Of a stretch of DNA of 64,000 nucleotides, positions 21,264 to 34,900 are shown piece after piece (positions within the stretch are counted from its first letter, which is position 1; every line of letters starts with the position of its first letter). The DNA is taken from assembly GCA_949358305.1 (NCBI GenBank), contig OX442314.1, positions 29,512,001 to 29,576,000 on the forward strand, written 5' to 3'. The notes under the pieces were generated by a model. It saw only the letters and a program-made list of their open reading frames with translations. It did no database searches and was not told where the DNA came from. Both the position numbers and the translations under genes were made by a program. The DNA is from Strigamia acuminata. Taxonomy: Eukaryota.

Positions 21264-22530
21264 AGCTCAAAGCATCAAGATTCAAGAAACTGCCGGTATG
21301 AACGTAATTCTCTCTCCCGAATTGATAATAAGCTTACCCAACATCGCAATTTCCAAGAAAGTTAATGCTGATTATGTTTGATAAAAATAATAATAGGTGC
21401 ATTCAAAGTTAAAATCCAAATTTGACTTATCATAATCTGAATTATCAATAATTCATATAAGTCATTTGGCTAAACTCCATACAAAGTGAACAATTATTTG
21501 GCTGATGTGGCTGAAATATCTTACCAGTCACAGGAAATGATGTAATTTACATCACTGAAAAGATAATTCAATTGCAATAAGTGGCCTATTGATAAGTCAC
21601 TCCAATCATGACTTATCAATAAGTGGCTGATGGAAAAATTCCTCCAATCATGGCTGAGCACATGAATTATTTGGCCACTGGAATAAGTCATTCAAGATGG
21701 ATGCCCCCAGTCAGTCTATAATGAAAAGAGGAATCCAGCAAGAAACTGGTCAAGGACTCAAAAAATGAGCAGTGCTCATTACCTAGCTGAACAGCCATAC
21801 TTAGGCAAATGCAAGGTTAGTAATTGCTGACATTTTTAAACACAAATTTATGTTTTCGAGCGCACGCCGATCGTACGATTGCCAGGACCGCACATTTCCG
21901 ACACGTTCGCGGCGTCAACCGCTAATCGACGAGGAACGTCGCACGGACGTTCGCGGACAACGAGGAACGTCGCACGAACGTTCGCGAACAACGAGGAACG
22001 TGCAGCACAGAAAGCGCCCAGACGACGATTTGTACCATTTGGACTCGTGCGAGGCATTTTTGAACGTTTTGCATGTTTTTGGACGTTTTTTGAACCCAAA
22101 TTTCGAGAGGAAAACACACGTGAAGTGTGGGAATCGATTTGGACACCATAGACCAGCGAAAATTGCGAATTTCGGACATTTTGACCAGAAAAAAACACGT
22201 GAAGTGTGTGGATTGTTTCGGATATTTCAACCAGTAGAATTATGGATATTTTGGACCAGATTTTCAAGGAAAAGCACGTGAAGTGCACCAGATGACTTCA
22301 CAAACCTTTCAACTTCTTGAAAACATCATTTTTGAAGATTTTCTTGATTTATTTGAATTTTTGAATTTTTTTTTAAATTTTTTTTTGAATTTATTCATTG
22401 AATATTATTGTAAACTAGCTTAGTGTTGTGTTAGCATTTTACTAACCTAATTATAAGAGCGCTACTAACCTGCAAACATTGAACCTCGTTTGCATGTAAT
22501 TTATGTTTTGAGCATTTCCACTGGGCAGTG

Positions 22531-23646
22531 TGTAGTGACCCTAGTGGTCAATAGATGAAGAACAGAAATGTGTCTGGAAATATTTTATATATTTCATATT
22601 TTTATTTGAGTTTATTTTTTATGCCTGAACAGGAAGTCTGGCATAACTTGAAGACATGAGGGTGGTTGCCAGGGCAACCAGCCCATGAGCTTCCTGTAAC
22701 AGGAAATGCTTCCTGCAGAGAATGAGGAAAAATCTTCAGTCCGAAATCAACTTTGAGAGCAACAAGTCACAAAATCTACCCTGGGAAAATACAATTCTTC
22801 AAGTGGATTTGGTGAAAGATTGCCTGAGTATTTAGACTCCTTCTTGCAAATTGCTAAAGCAGTTTTGAGATGTTCTTGAGTATTGAGACTCATTTCTTAC
22901 AATAACATAAAGTTATTGTGGGAGTTCTTGCTACTGTGTACATCCAGTAGTGGGAAATTTATCTTGCTGATTGAGCATATTCATCAGTGGGATTTTCATC
23001 TTGCCAAGCAGCCATTGTTTGGAGAGATCATCATTCTTGCCAAGCAGCCATTGTTTGGATGAGAAATCCTCATTGGGAAATTTGTCCCAGTCAACATAAA
23101 GCGGAATTTGCCGCAACCACGGAGTCATCAAGGAAGAAGAGTCGGAATTGTGTCCGAGTTCAAGTCACCAAGAATTCGGAAATTTGTCCGGTTTAACCAG
23201 GAATGAACATCGTGAGTAAAGAGTGAAGTTTAGACGCCGTTTTGAGGTTTGGAGCGGGCATTGAGGTCCGAGAGCGAGTATCGAGGTCCGAGAGCGAGCG
23301 TCGAGTGAAGAACGAGGTTCGAGAGCGAGCGTCGAGTGAAGAACGAAGTTCGAGAGCGAGCGACAAGCCATCGCCGCTATTTTGTATTATTTTCGCCATT
23401 TCACCTTCAATTATTATTACTTTTACCTTTAATTCCTATTATTTAATTGTATTTTACTATTAGTTTATTCAAGCCAAGAATAAATCTTTTTCCTTTATTT
23501 AAGAACTAATTAGTGATTATTTCTTCTTTGATTAGTCAGTTAAGATTTTAGAGTTGAGTTTTAGTAGAATTTTGATAAGTCCCGATGCGGCACCAATGAG
23601 AAAGAAATTTCACTATTATTTTATAGTGAAATTTGAGCTCATTACA
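22531..23646 (+). mobile_element. Solo LTR (1116 bp) of a second LTR family
   Basis: TGTAGTGA...TCATTACA ends; 4-bp TSD AGTG (22527-22530, 23647-23650); AATAAA at ~23479; internal ~31-bp tandem repeats. Confidence 0.8.
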
Positions 23647-23989
23647 AGTGGATTTTTTTTTAGTGAAAATAGTACTTTTTCAACATTAATATTTTTATTT
23701 TTATAAAGAGTTAATTTTTCAGTAAATATATTGGATTAAATTAAATTAAATTAAATAAATTAAATAAAATATGTTTTTTTTTTGTGAATATATTAAAGTA
23801 AGTTAATTTTTTTGTGAACATATTAAATCAATATTTTTTAAATAAATGAATGTTTTTCTGTAAATATCAAAAAATACATGAGTGCTATTTAGTAAATATT
23901 TTTTTAAAAAAATGCATGCTTTTTAACAGATTTTAAAACATATTTTTTATATATGTAAAAATGGATAAAATAAATCATTAAAAACTAGT

Positions 23990-24345
23990 AGGTAAAAATC
24001 ATGAAAAACTGGGTGAAAATCGTAAAAAATCGTGAAAAACAAGATAAAAATTGTGAAAAACTCGGTAAATATCGTGTAAAATCGTGAAAAACGATAAAAA
24101 TCATGTAAAATCGTGAAAAACTGGGTAAAAATCGTGTAAAATAATGAAAAACCGGGTAAAAATCGTGTAAAATCATGAAAAACTGGGTGAAAAAGGTAAA
24201 AATCGTGACAAACTGGGTAAAAATCGTGAAAGCCTCAGTAAAAATCGTCAAAAACTGTGTAAAAATCGTCAAAAACTGTGTAAAAATCGTCAAAAATCGT
24301 CAAAAACTGGGTGAAAAGTCTTGAAAAGCTTGTAAAAAATCATGA
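23990..24345. repeat. Degenerate 10/20-bp minisatellite (AAAAATCGTG/AAAAACTGGGT)
   Basis: Visible tandem periodicity. Confidence 0.85.
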
Positions 24346-24682
24346 AAATAAGCAGATTATGATTTTTCAAATTTCGATTATCATCTGATGATGTAAATTG
24401 CATCATTTCCTGTGACTGTTAAGTCAAATTAGTCAAATCAGTCAAATCAGTCATTTCAGACAAATAATTCATTTGACTTTGAATGCACCTATTATTGTGT
24501 AAATACTCCGAGATAAAAATGTCTTTAAAAATAGACAAATATCATAACTGTGTTATAAACACTCGAGTTGGTCACTTTCTAGTTGTAATTCGAAGTGTAC
24601 TTACGGTTAGAGCTCGGGTTTCTAGTTAACTGCGAGTATCCAGTAGAGCGCGGGCACATTATAAGGGGTTGCATATGATGGG

Positions 24683-24953
24683 CAGGGACGTCTTAACACT
24701 TTTCAGCGCCCTGGGCTTAAAAAAAATCAGGCGCCCATTGCCCTTTGTCGTAATTAAAAAAAAATCATTTTTACCTTTACAATTTCACAGGCCCGTTCCT
24801 CGGGCACCTTTCTCTGCCCGGCACCCCTCTCTGCCTGGCGCCCCTCTCTGCCCAGCGTTCCTCTCTGCCCAGCGTTCCTCTCTGCCCAGCATTCCTCTCT
24901 GCCCAGCCCCTCTGGGCTGCAGCCCAGTTAGCCCAATGGTAAAAATGGGCCTG
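24683..24953. mobile_element. hAT-type MITE with internal CCTCTCTGCCCAGC repeats
   Basis: CAGG...CCTG imperfect TIRs; 8-bp TSD ATGATGGG (24675-24682, 24954-24961). Confidence 0.8.
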
Positions 24954-25461
24954 ATGATGGGGCATGTCAGAGTTGGACTTCTGTTCAAACTCGTCCCATG
25001 TCCAGATGTGCTGATTCTGAGCGCATCTGGACGTTGCTTCCCAACTCAAGAATTTGAAAGCATACTAATCAAGATTGGATTCGGTGAACACCGCAGAAAG
25101 AACTCGATACCGGAATTAATGCCAAGCTTATTATTTTTGGAGTGTTCGGCTCTCTAATTTCTGTCACGTGTTCTCTTATGTTAATTTGTAACCCATTTAC
25201 GCGCGCCGCGCCCTCTGTATTAGCTCCGTGAATAAACACTTATGCGAATGGTCGCTTTGTGATTCTCTTCATGCAACAATCCAACAATACTATAATACAT
25301 CCATTTGATCACAAACAGGAAAAACATCAATTTATAAATTTATTTTCAGAATTTCTGGATTGATACAAAATGTATAAAATTGGATGCCACGTGGTCAGGG
25401 GAGGTCCACGGGATGCTGGACGCAACACACACGATGAATTACCAACGAAATAACCCCTGCA

Positions 25462-26818
25462 TTAAAAAGGAACAATGTTTACGTTGTTATATCGGAAATT
25501 TTCAAATGTAGGGGTATTGAATATGTATTCAATATTCCGATAATAATTTTCATCATAAATCGGTTCATTGGGAGCTACAAAGCCAATTGGTTGAGGTTGA
25601 CTGCAGCTTTGCAGAGAAATGGATTTAAAGTCCTCTTTAATCATTCTGTCTGCTAACTTGAAAACGGTTGTCTCAACTGAATATTTATTAATTGCGTCTT
25701 CATCTTGTATTATCTGGCCACACTCAGTAAACAACTGTTGCCTGTCTACTGGCAGTCCTTCTTCCTGTTCTATTTGTGTTTTCACAGTTTTTATAGTGCA
25801 GTTTGGTTCAGCCTCGAGTTTAAATAGTCTTCCATGGATTCTTTGGATTAGAATAAGTATTTTATCGCTGTGCGACAAGTGAAATAGAGTTATGTTATCA
25901 TCGTTGTTAATATTGCATTCATTGATGGTGTTTTGATTTTGTAGTATTTCTTCTCCAAATACGAGACATTGTATCTTGTTGTCTACCCCAAAGATCAATT
26001 CTAGTTTGAGTTTAGTAGTTTGTATTGTATCTGAAGGATGAACATCAAGAATTATATTTTCATCGTTATTCTTGATTCGAATTTTAATTCTATTCTGTCT
26101 GAAAAGTGAATCAAAATGTTTAAATTGAATACAATATAATATTCCTATAGATACAGAATATAGAAATAACTAAATACTGTATACCTGTGGCTTTCAAATG
26201 CTGATAACAAAGAACTTATTTTGTTGGGATCCTTGTCGGCTACAAAGAAAAATATAATTTATTTCACAAGTACGAATCTCAATCAATACGCCATTTTATT
26301 TTTGTAGTGTTTCAAATTTAAAATTGCAGTTTCATTTGTCTAAAATGTGCAACTTTTGCACAAAATTGCAGTTTTGTTTATTCAAAATGAATTTTTGCAC
26401 AAAATTGCAGTTTTGTTTATTCAAAATGAATTTTTGCACACAAAATTTCTGTTTTATTTGTCTAAAATGAATATTTGCTGATAAAATGTCAGGCATTATC
26501 TAATCAAAACCAAAACGGATGTTTGCAAAATTTCAAGTTATTTTCTTAAAAAAAATCATTTGTGTGTGTAAAAATGAATTTTTTTTATTCTTAATTTTAA
26601 AAATCTTCATTTTTTGCCATCTTTTCTTGTCAAAGAAAATTCCCCTTTTAAACATACTAACCTTTATTTAAATGGACAAACAGCATGTTGTCTCCTATTG
26701 TAATGGAATTACCATCTCCCTGCTGCGATATACCAATTTTGTTCAGTTCTGTCTTCACCTCATCCTTAATTGAAACACAATTATTGCCGTCTTCTTGCCA
26801 AGGAACAATTTCTTCCAT
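25462..26818 (-). CDS. Ubiquitin-like paralog 3, truncated to two UBL domains with an unrelated tail; exons 26818-26662, 26239-26185, 26098-25462
   Basis: Close duplicate of paralog 2 with the same splice sites. Homology ends after EDFKSI (~25615), but the frame stays open to 25462. Confidence 0.7.
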
Positions 26819-27045
26819 CGCTCAGACCATCAACATCGAAAGAAACTGCCGATATAAACCTAATTCTCTCTCCCGAGTCGATATCAAACTCGCCCAATGA
26901 CGCTATTACCGATAAACTTACTGATTACGTTTGATTACCAAAATAATTGTGTACATTTTATAAGATAAAATAAATAGACGAATATCATAATTGTTTTATT
27001 AACACTTCACAAAACATACACCATACAACAGTGGTGATAAATTAG

Positions 27046-27590
27046 CTAACGGAACTCGTAGAAATCTCCTAAATTTACAGCCGGTTCCGCAGTTGTAGTT
27101 GACTTTTCAGTTGTGCTCTTACGAATCTTACGAGTAGTTTTGCGAGGCTTTGATTTTGTACCAATCATTCTTGCTCCAGGATTAGGTGCACCAGGAGTAG
27201 TTGCATTAGTTGCACCTGCAGTTTCACTTGTTGAACCACCAGTTTCAGTTGCATTTCCTGACGTTGTCATGTTATATAGATTCTAAAAAAACATTAAACA
27301 TTAAAAATTAAAATTTAAAACCTTAAATACATGGTTTAGTACTAAACATACCGTTGTAGTTTCGTTTAACGTCGCAATAATTTCATAAAAACACTGTATA
27401 GCCTCTTTCGCTGACTTTTTGCAACAAACTGTGACAAATAAGATAATTTAATGCAATAATTCTAAAGAAATAGGATAGATTTACTGTCAAATATTGGTTT
27501 TGGTGCTTCTGTGCGTGGAGGAGGTACTGGACCAGCTAAATTAATACTAACAATAATAATAACAAGTAATATAGCTATCCATAAAAGCAT
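27046..27590 (-). CDS. Small secreted Thr-rich (mucin-like) protein, ~139 aa; exons 27590-27485, 27428-27352, 27282-27046
   Basis: Signal-peptide-like start MLLWIAILLVIIIVSINLA; two GT-AG introns preserve frame; several NxT sequons. Confidence 0.7.
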
Positions 27591-28143
27591 TAAACAGATG
27601 ACCAAGATTTTGTCTTTGCCTTTGCTTCCTCTGAAATTTGTAAATTATAATTTTTTTTCATATTTAATTATGATTGTGAGAAAAACCTTTCTGGAGGCGG
27701 TGAGTCGTAGTCATCGTCCATTGAATTAGCATGTAGAAAATTCCGAACTTCAGTTCACTCATTCAGAAAGAGAAGGAGGCTTAAATTTAAATAAAACAAA
27801 CAATGAAATTGAAACTGCCCTTTGTTATTCTTTGTTTGTTTGTTTCGGTTTCATTTTCTGAAGATTTTGTTTGTGATTTTATTAAATTAAATTAAAATCG
27901 ACGTAAAATTTCGTGGAATTATTTGTTATTTATTAAAAAATCTATTTGAATTTTCGTAGTTCCCGCCTTTTGATGGGTTAGTTTTGTAGTGAGGTGTCGT
28001 TCTTTACGTAGACAGCTGCGATGGTGGCGCTAACTAGTGGGAATTGACAGCGGCGACTCCGCCATCTCCCGTTTCAAACACCTTTCGTGAGTGAAGATAT
28101 CCGTGTTTCAAACAGGCCGTTTCTACACTTTATTTTTGTTAAA

Positions 28144-30230
28144 ATGGCTAGTTTATTAGCGTACTACAATTACATAGTTTTGGCGGTTTTGGTATCGTCT
28201 TTAGTTATATTCGGTAAATGAGACAAACGCGAAGAAAACGAGTTTGAAAAAAGTGATATGAAATCACATGATTTCGTAACTGAAATATTTTTGCTTTGAT
28301 TTCAGGTCATTACTATTTAATTAGCGGTTTAGGTCAAAGAGTAGATTTCGCCTGGTAAGATTTGATAGAAATAAGTGATACAAAACGATAGAAATTCAAT
28401 TTGAAATTATTTTTTCTTCGCTTTAGGTTTTTATCCAACACTTCGCCATACTTATGGGCGAATGTGGGGATAGCGTTGGCAATTTCACTTTCGGTGGTCG
28501 GAGCAGCTTGGTAAATGATAGAAATGGAAAGAAAAACATATAAAAACACGTTATATGTATTGTATTTCGTGTTTTGAATGTTGAAACTACATTTTTCATT
28601 TTAAAAACGTGGAATAAGTAGCAAAATTACGACATAAAATTTAGAAAAATACTTAAAATCTTATATATTTCATACTTTTAATGTAAAAAACATAATTTAA
28701 ACGACGAAAATGATTAAAAATGTATAAAAATACATAAAATTTTTATATATTTTGATATTTCAATGTTTAAATTGCATTTCTCACGCATAAAACGTGAATT
28801 AAAGACTAAAATTGTGAATTTAAACACAAAATGTTATATTCTAATAATGAAATATTGTATTTTTCATATTTTGAATGCTGAAATAGTGTTAATTTTGATT
28901 ATTTTAATTTTTTTTAGGGGAATTTACACAACTGGCGTGAGCATCGTTGGTGGTGGAGTCCGAGCCCCGCGAATTAAAACGAAGAATTTAATCAGTATTA
29001 TTTTCTGCGAGGCAGTTGCAATTTACGGAATCATAATGGCTATAGTGATCAGTAGTGTAGAGGAGCCGATTAAATTGGCCGAGATGCACGATTCGGAATC
29101 CATCAACCGAAATATGCTAGCGGGTTTGCAATTTTAAGTGTTAGAAATTTGAATCGATTGATTAAAAATTTGTCGTTTCAGGTTATTCAATGTTTGCAGC
29201 TGGTCTTACCGTCGGTTTTACGAATTTATTTTGTGGTATTTCTGTCGGCACTGTCGGGTCAGGGGCAGCTTTAGCTGATGCAGCTAATTCGAGCTTGTTC
29301 GTCAAAATTCTGATCATTGAAATTTTTGGCAGCGCGATTGGTTTGTTTGGGTTAATCGTTGGAATTATTCAGGTAATAAGAAATTTGAAGTGTTTTTGCT
29401 TGAAATATGAGGAAATAAGTCCTAATTACATTATACACAACGTAAACTTGGCGTTTTTCATCGTAAACACTATAGTTAATGTAAAATTGATGTAAATGCA
29501 TCTGTAAAAATGTAAAATTAATGTAAATACATCAGTAAAATTTTAAATTGATGTAAATACATCAATAAAAATGTAAAATTGATGTAAAAACGTCAAAATT
29601 ACGTAATAATTTACTTAAAGTTGACGTAAAACATCAAAATTACGTAATAATTTACTTAAAGTTGACGTAAAACATAAAAATTACGTAATAATTTACCTAA
29701 AGTTGACGTAAAACATCAAAATTACATTATATTTCATGTTGAGTCACGTATTAAATCGAGGTTACCTTATGATTAACGTAAACTTTAATTAAAACGCTGC
29801 GAATATGCATTAGAATTAACAAACTTCAATCAAAATGTTGTAATTGATGTAAACCTTCACATAAAACGTTATAATTGACGTAAACATTTACGTAAAACGT
29901 TGTAATTGACGTAAATTTTATCGTAAAATATTTTAATTGACGTAGACGTTTACGTAAAACGTTGTATTTGACGTAAGAAGTCATAATTATATAATTATAC
30001 CATTATAATTAACGGAAACAGGACTTAACACGTCTCAATTATGACGTAAAGCGTTATAATTACCGGTAACTTAATTTTAACGTTTTTACAACCGCTTACT
30101 AGAATTTCCTTGTAATTCGAGAGTCGAGACACATTGCATTTCTTCTTACAAACACTTGTCTGAATTTAATTATTTTTAATTTATTTTTTAAAGATATCCA
30201 AGGTAAAACTCGGTGGTACGACGAAATGAA
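28144..30230 (+). CDS. ATP6V0B: V-type H+-ATPase 21-kDa proteolipid subunit c''; exons 28144-28213, 28306-28354, 28427-28510, 28918-29123, 29182-29372, 30195-30230
   Basis: Conserved [27 protein letters not shown] and [36 protein letters not shown]; all introns are GT-AG and in frame. Confidence 0.95.
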
Positions 30231-30954
30231 CACAGGAAAATGCAATACAAAAACTTTATAAAGTAAACTAAGAATAAAAAAAAAAACAAGACCACAAAGA
30301 AAAAAAATCAACCAAGATCAATTCTAATTGAATTTATTTGTAGATTATGTGAAATTTGTCTTTAATTTCTGTAAATAGTGTATGTTTAACTTAGATGTCG
30401 TGGTTTTCTTTTGTATATAAACAAGATATTACTTAAATCCATGACTTACGGAGCGAGAAAAAAAAAATACTTGTAAGCATTCCAATGTAGCCACAATAAG
30501 TGTTTGACATGGTTGTCATGGAATGATTAAATAAATACACCAATGTATTTAATTCAATGTTATTTAATCTTGAATTCATCTTGATAAAATACTTACGTAG
30601 TTAAATTTAAATAATTTGTTTTTTTATTTTTATTTTGGTGGTATATTCAACACTTGTTTCCCGTTCATTGGTGGACCTCGTTGGGTGAGTAAAATTATAA
30701 CTGAAACCATTTTGGGCTTGAAAAGGTGACATTTTGTTGCAAAATGCAATTTTTTTGGCTCTCATTTGGTTCATTTTGCACTACATATGAAAAAATGCAT
30801 CTGTGCAAAAAAAGTACTTTTATGCACAATAATCCTTTAAATTGCGGCCCGGACTTTGATTTATTTGTTGGACCTGACTCCCGATCCCTATTTGAACCGC
30901 GGCGGGTATTCGGGTAGGCGGAAATTAAAAAAATCAGTGATTTTTTTTAGTAGA

Positions 30955-31400
30955 AATGCATAAATGTACTTTTTTTGGCAAAAATGCATTTTACAAATGC
31001 ATAAATGCACCATTTTTGGCAAAAATGCATTTTACAGATGCATAAATGCACTATTTTTGGCAAAAATGCATTTTTCAGATGCATAAATGCATTATTTTTG
31101 GCAAAAATGCATTATTTTTGGCAAAAATGCATTATTTTTGGCAAAAATGCATTATTTTTGGCAAAAATGCATTATTTTTGGCGAAAATGCATTATTTTTG
31201 GCGAAAATGCATTATTTTTGGCGAAAATGCATTATTTTTGGCAAAAATGCATTATTTTTGGCAAAAATGCATTTTATAGATGCATAAATGCACTATTTTG
31301 GGCAAAAATGCATTTTACAGATGCATAAATGCACTATTTTTGGCAAAAATGCATTTTACAGATGCATAAATGCACTATTTTTGGCAAAAATTGCATTCTA
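30955..31400. repeat. 20-bp minisatellite (GCAAAAATGCATTATTTTTG)n
   Basis: Tandem, quasi-palindromic units. Confidence 0.95.
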
Positions 31401-31958
31401 CACAAGCAAAAATGCTCTTTTTTGGCAGTAAAATTGTACATCTCTGGTTGCAAATTCATTTTAATTGCCTTTATTTACAGGAAAAGCCAAAGTCTTAAAT
31501 TTCCAACAAAAAAAAAACCCTTGAAATAATAAATCCCACACAATGCTTTCAAACCTATCACTTTTATTACCACTTGACTAGACAATTACAGCTATCATAA
31601 ATCACCTACCATTTAACGTAACCAAAAAAATAAATTATACATATTAAACATATCAAAACATTCATGCAAAGCTGACCAGCAAAATATTACTCCAATATTT
31701 CAACATACACTCACACAAAAGCCCACTCTTTCACAGAAATATGTCCAACTGAATTATCTTCTTATTTTTTCCACCAAGTTTGAGCAAACTGATATTATTA
31801 TTATTATTATTATTATAATTTGCAGATATGTAGCTGTCACAGCCCAGCAGACAATTTGCAGATGCCCATTTAGGATTGAAAAAAAGGTAAACATGCCAAA
31901 AGTGGTATTTAAAAATAGCATTTTGTATATTAAAAAATTTAGAAAAAAGAGAGATAAT

Positions 31959-34900
31959 CTATTGCTCGGTTCTATCCTCGTGTACGGACTCGATAGTCTC
32001 CTCGACTACGGTGTTGGCGTCCTGTTTCTTCTGCTTTCTGCCAAAGTTCTCGATTTTTTGATGCAGATCTTGTTGGAATGCAGGATTCGGACCGAAGGGG
32101 ACCTTGGTTCCTTTACCGTTGGAGTAGACTCCGCGATATGTCCGGGAAGAGGTTTTGCCGAAGGAAATGCGTGGTATCCAGAACCAGCGGAAGAACCTGG
32201 AATTGTCTTCGGGTCTGGGCGCCATTATTACTTCTGGTTTGGGTTTGGGCGAGTGCTCGCGGAATAGATTCATGATGAAAACACCCTGAAAGTGGATGGG
32301 AATTTTGAGTTTTTTTTTAAAAAACAAAGCTTGAAATGCATTTTTAGAGGTCTAAAATGTAGGAAATTGGCCTAAATTTCTATAAATTTACAGAAATCTT
32401 TATAATAAACATTCAGAATATCTAGAAACTTCAAATTTCTGGCCCAAATTCTGACATAACTATTCGTACGGGCGTTTTTAATTAAAATTTCTAAGGGTTG
32501 TGTATTTTATTCGATGCAGTTAACAGTGTTGTATCGAACGCAAACTAATAGTTAGCGTTTATGAACGACGTTCATTAGTTCATAAACGAAGTTCGTGAAC
32601 TAGTTCACTTTTACAGATGAAAGTAAATTTCCAACTTCGTTCACTTTTAGGAGTGAACTTGAACGAAGTTCATGTTCACCATGTTTGATGATGAAAACGT
32701 TGCAAAAATGTTAGTTTAAATGTTTAGATGACGTTTTTATCATCAAAACATTCATTTCTAATCACTTTTTACAACGAAAACAGCCATGAAAACGATAAAA
32801 ACGACTGCTTTACTAAAAAACGTTTTTTTTGTCATCTGCAATCCACAAAATGTAACAAAAAACATTTTAATTTAAAAAAAAAATCTGAAAAATGAACTTG
32901 AACTTTTGATTCAAGTTCATGAACTTGAACTTAGTTCACTTCGAAAAAGATTTTAGTGAACGCGAACACGTTCGCATGGTCATGAACGCGAACTTGAACG
33001 AATTCACAATTTAGTGAACGAGATACAACACTGGCAGTTAATACTCACAAAATATATAGCAACACTGGTTCCAATAGCAAAACCAATAGCTACATCTTCC
33101 CAATGATTTTGGTTGGTCATTAATCGGGAATATCCAGCCAAGAGTGAAAGACCACCAGTGATCAATAATAGAAGTGGGCGTAAGGCATAAGTTCCATGCA
33201 TTCGCAGCATGTTGTGGAAATATATCTGAAAATAAAGCAATTCTATTAATATTTATCACGTTTTGCATTGCGTTTCTACGTACCATTATATAAACCGCAG
33301 AGTAGGACGAAATTGAAGCATAAAAAGATGGAAATGACAATCTGAAAAATATTTAAAAATATTGAAATAGATTTTGGTTGTCTGTTTATAATAATCAATT
33401 CAAACCTTGCGTATCGAAGCTGAAATGCATCTTTGGTTGAACAGAAACTGGTTCCGTTGATAAGATCACTTGTGCTTAATTTACAGGAAATGCCATCAGG
33501 ATCACACAGGGTTAAGAAGTATGGACGTGGACGGCCGGACATAAGTTTAATGCCATCAGTTAAAATAGATGTAGAAAAAATACCCAATAAAAAAGCTCCT
33601 GTGAAAGAAATTAATGGAATTAATATATAAAATTATTTTAAAAAAGTAAATCGTAAACATCAAGCAGCGCTGCACAGTGGTGAAATACAGAATTAAACAT
33701 TACTCACCAATAAATCTGAGCAAACGCCTTATTATTAACGTGATTCGACACGATGAGCAGTGTACACGAATGGTTTTTCTAGGTTTTGTTGAAAAAATCC
33801 AATATCCAAGTTCTCCAACGAGAATCTGTTTTTTCAATAAGAATAAATAACAAAAACAATAAATAAATAACACGGATAAATTTAATACGAGAGGGAGCAA
33901 AATGCGAGCATGCGCATAAAGTTAGTTACACGAGGAGAAAGCATGGCGGCTTTGATACGATCGACAGTTGGGGCAAGTGGTTTTAATTTATTTGTGTCTT
34001 AGAAAAATGTTCTTACCATGATTGGAGGTAGTAAACAACTGGCAGTGTAGAATATGTGAAGATCCACATCAAAAATGGCGTTGTAGTTGTAGAGCGGCGA
34101 TTTCAATGTCGAATCGTTGCAATAAATTGGTCGTTCAAAAACTGGAAATTCATCTGTGAACCTAAAACCGAAATATGATTATTTAAACCTTTTTCTATAA
34201 AGAACAGGCAAGTATAACCTCTTGTAATTCGTAGCTAGTTTTTTAAAAAAAACGTTTACTTGAGCGAGAATTTATTTTTCTGGATTTTAGGCGTGCTTCA
34301 GACAAATACGAAATGGCGGCTAGTACCAAATCTACGAAAGCATTTTCGATATTTGAAAAGGTCAATTTGTATAACGTTTGCAACTAAAAATGCATCCATT
34401 TGTCTATAGAAGTATCTTTTTGCTTATAAATGCATCTTTTTTTTGTATAAATGAATCTTATTGCTTAAAAATGCATCTTTTTGCCTGAAAATTAATCTTT
34501 TTTTCTTAAAATGCATCTCTTCGGCTAAAAAAAACTCATCTTTTTGCATTTTTCTGTCTAAAATGCACATTTTTGTCTAAAAATGCATTTTATTTTGCTC
34601 CAAGATCCATATAAGAATATAAAAATGCACTTTTTTGGCTTATATTTTACTTTGAATTCAAATTTTTGTTGAAAAACTTGTTTGAAATTTAAGGTTTATT
34701 TTTTAATTGGAAATTTATAGAAACCCTCCATTCTCATTTCTATGGTTGGCTTTGAACAATTCAATTCCAGTGCCATTCCAAAACTGAATCTGGTCGAGTC
34801 AACTACACAAATGCATATGAACAATTCAAGGGGCAGAAAGCTTAAAACTTAAAAAAAAAAAATTATTGGCACAACAATAAATTTCCCAGTTAACATTTGC

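Larger units (their letters stand above)
21396..24489. mobile_element. Non-autonomous DNA element with GGTGCATTCAAA termini, containing nested insertions
   Basis: TA-flanked TIR GGTGCATTCAAAGT; subterminal inverted repeats at ~21526-21554 and ~24388-24418; absent from the equivalent upstream region of paralog 3. Confidence 0.75.

Noticed and set aside
24551..25286. Possible further solo LTR (TGTT...AACA with AATAAA)
   Set aside because: I could not find a matching TSD, so the boundaries are unsupported.
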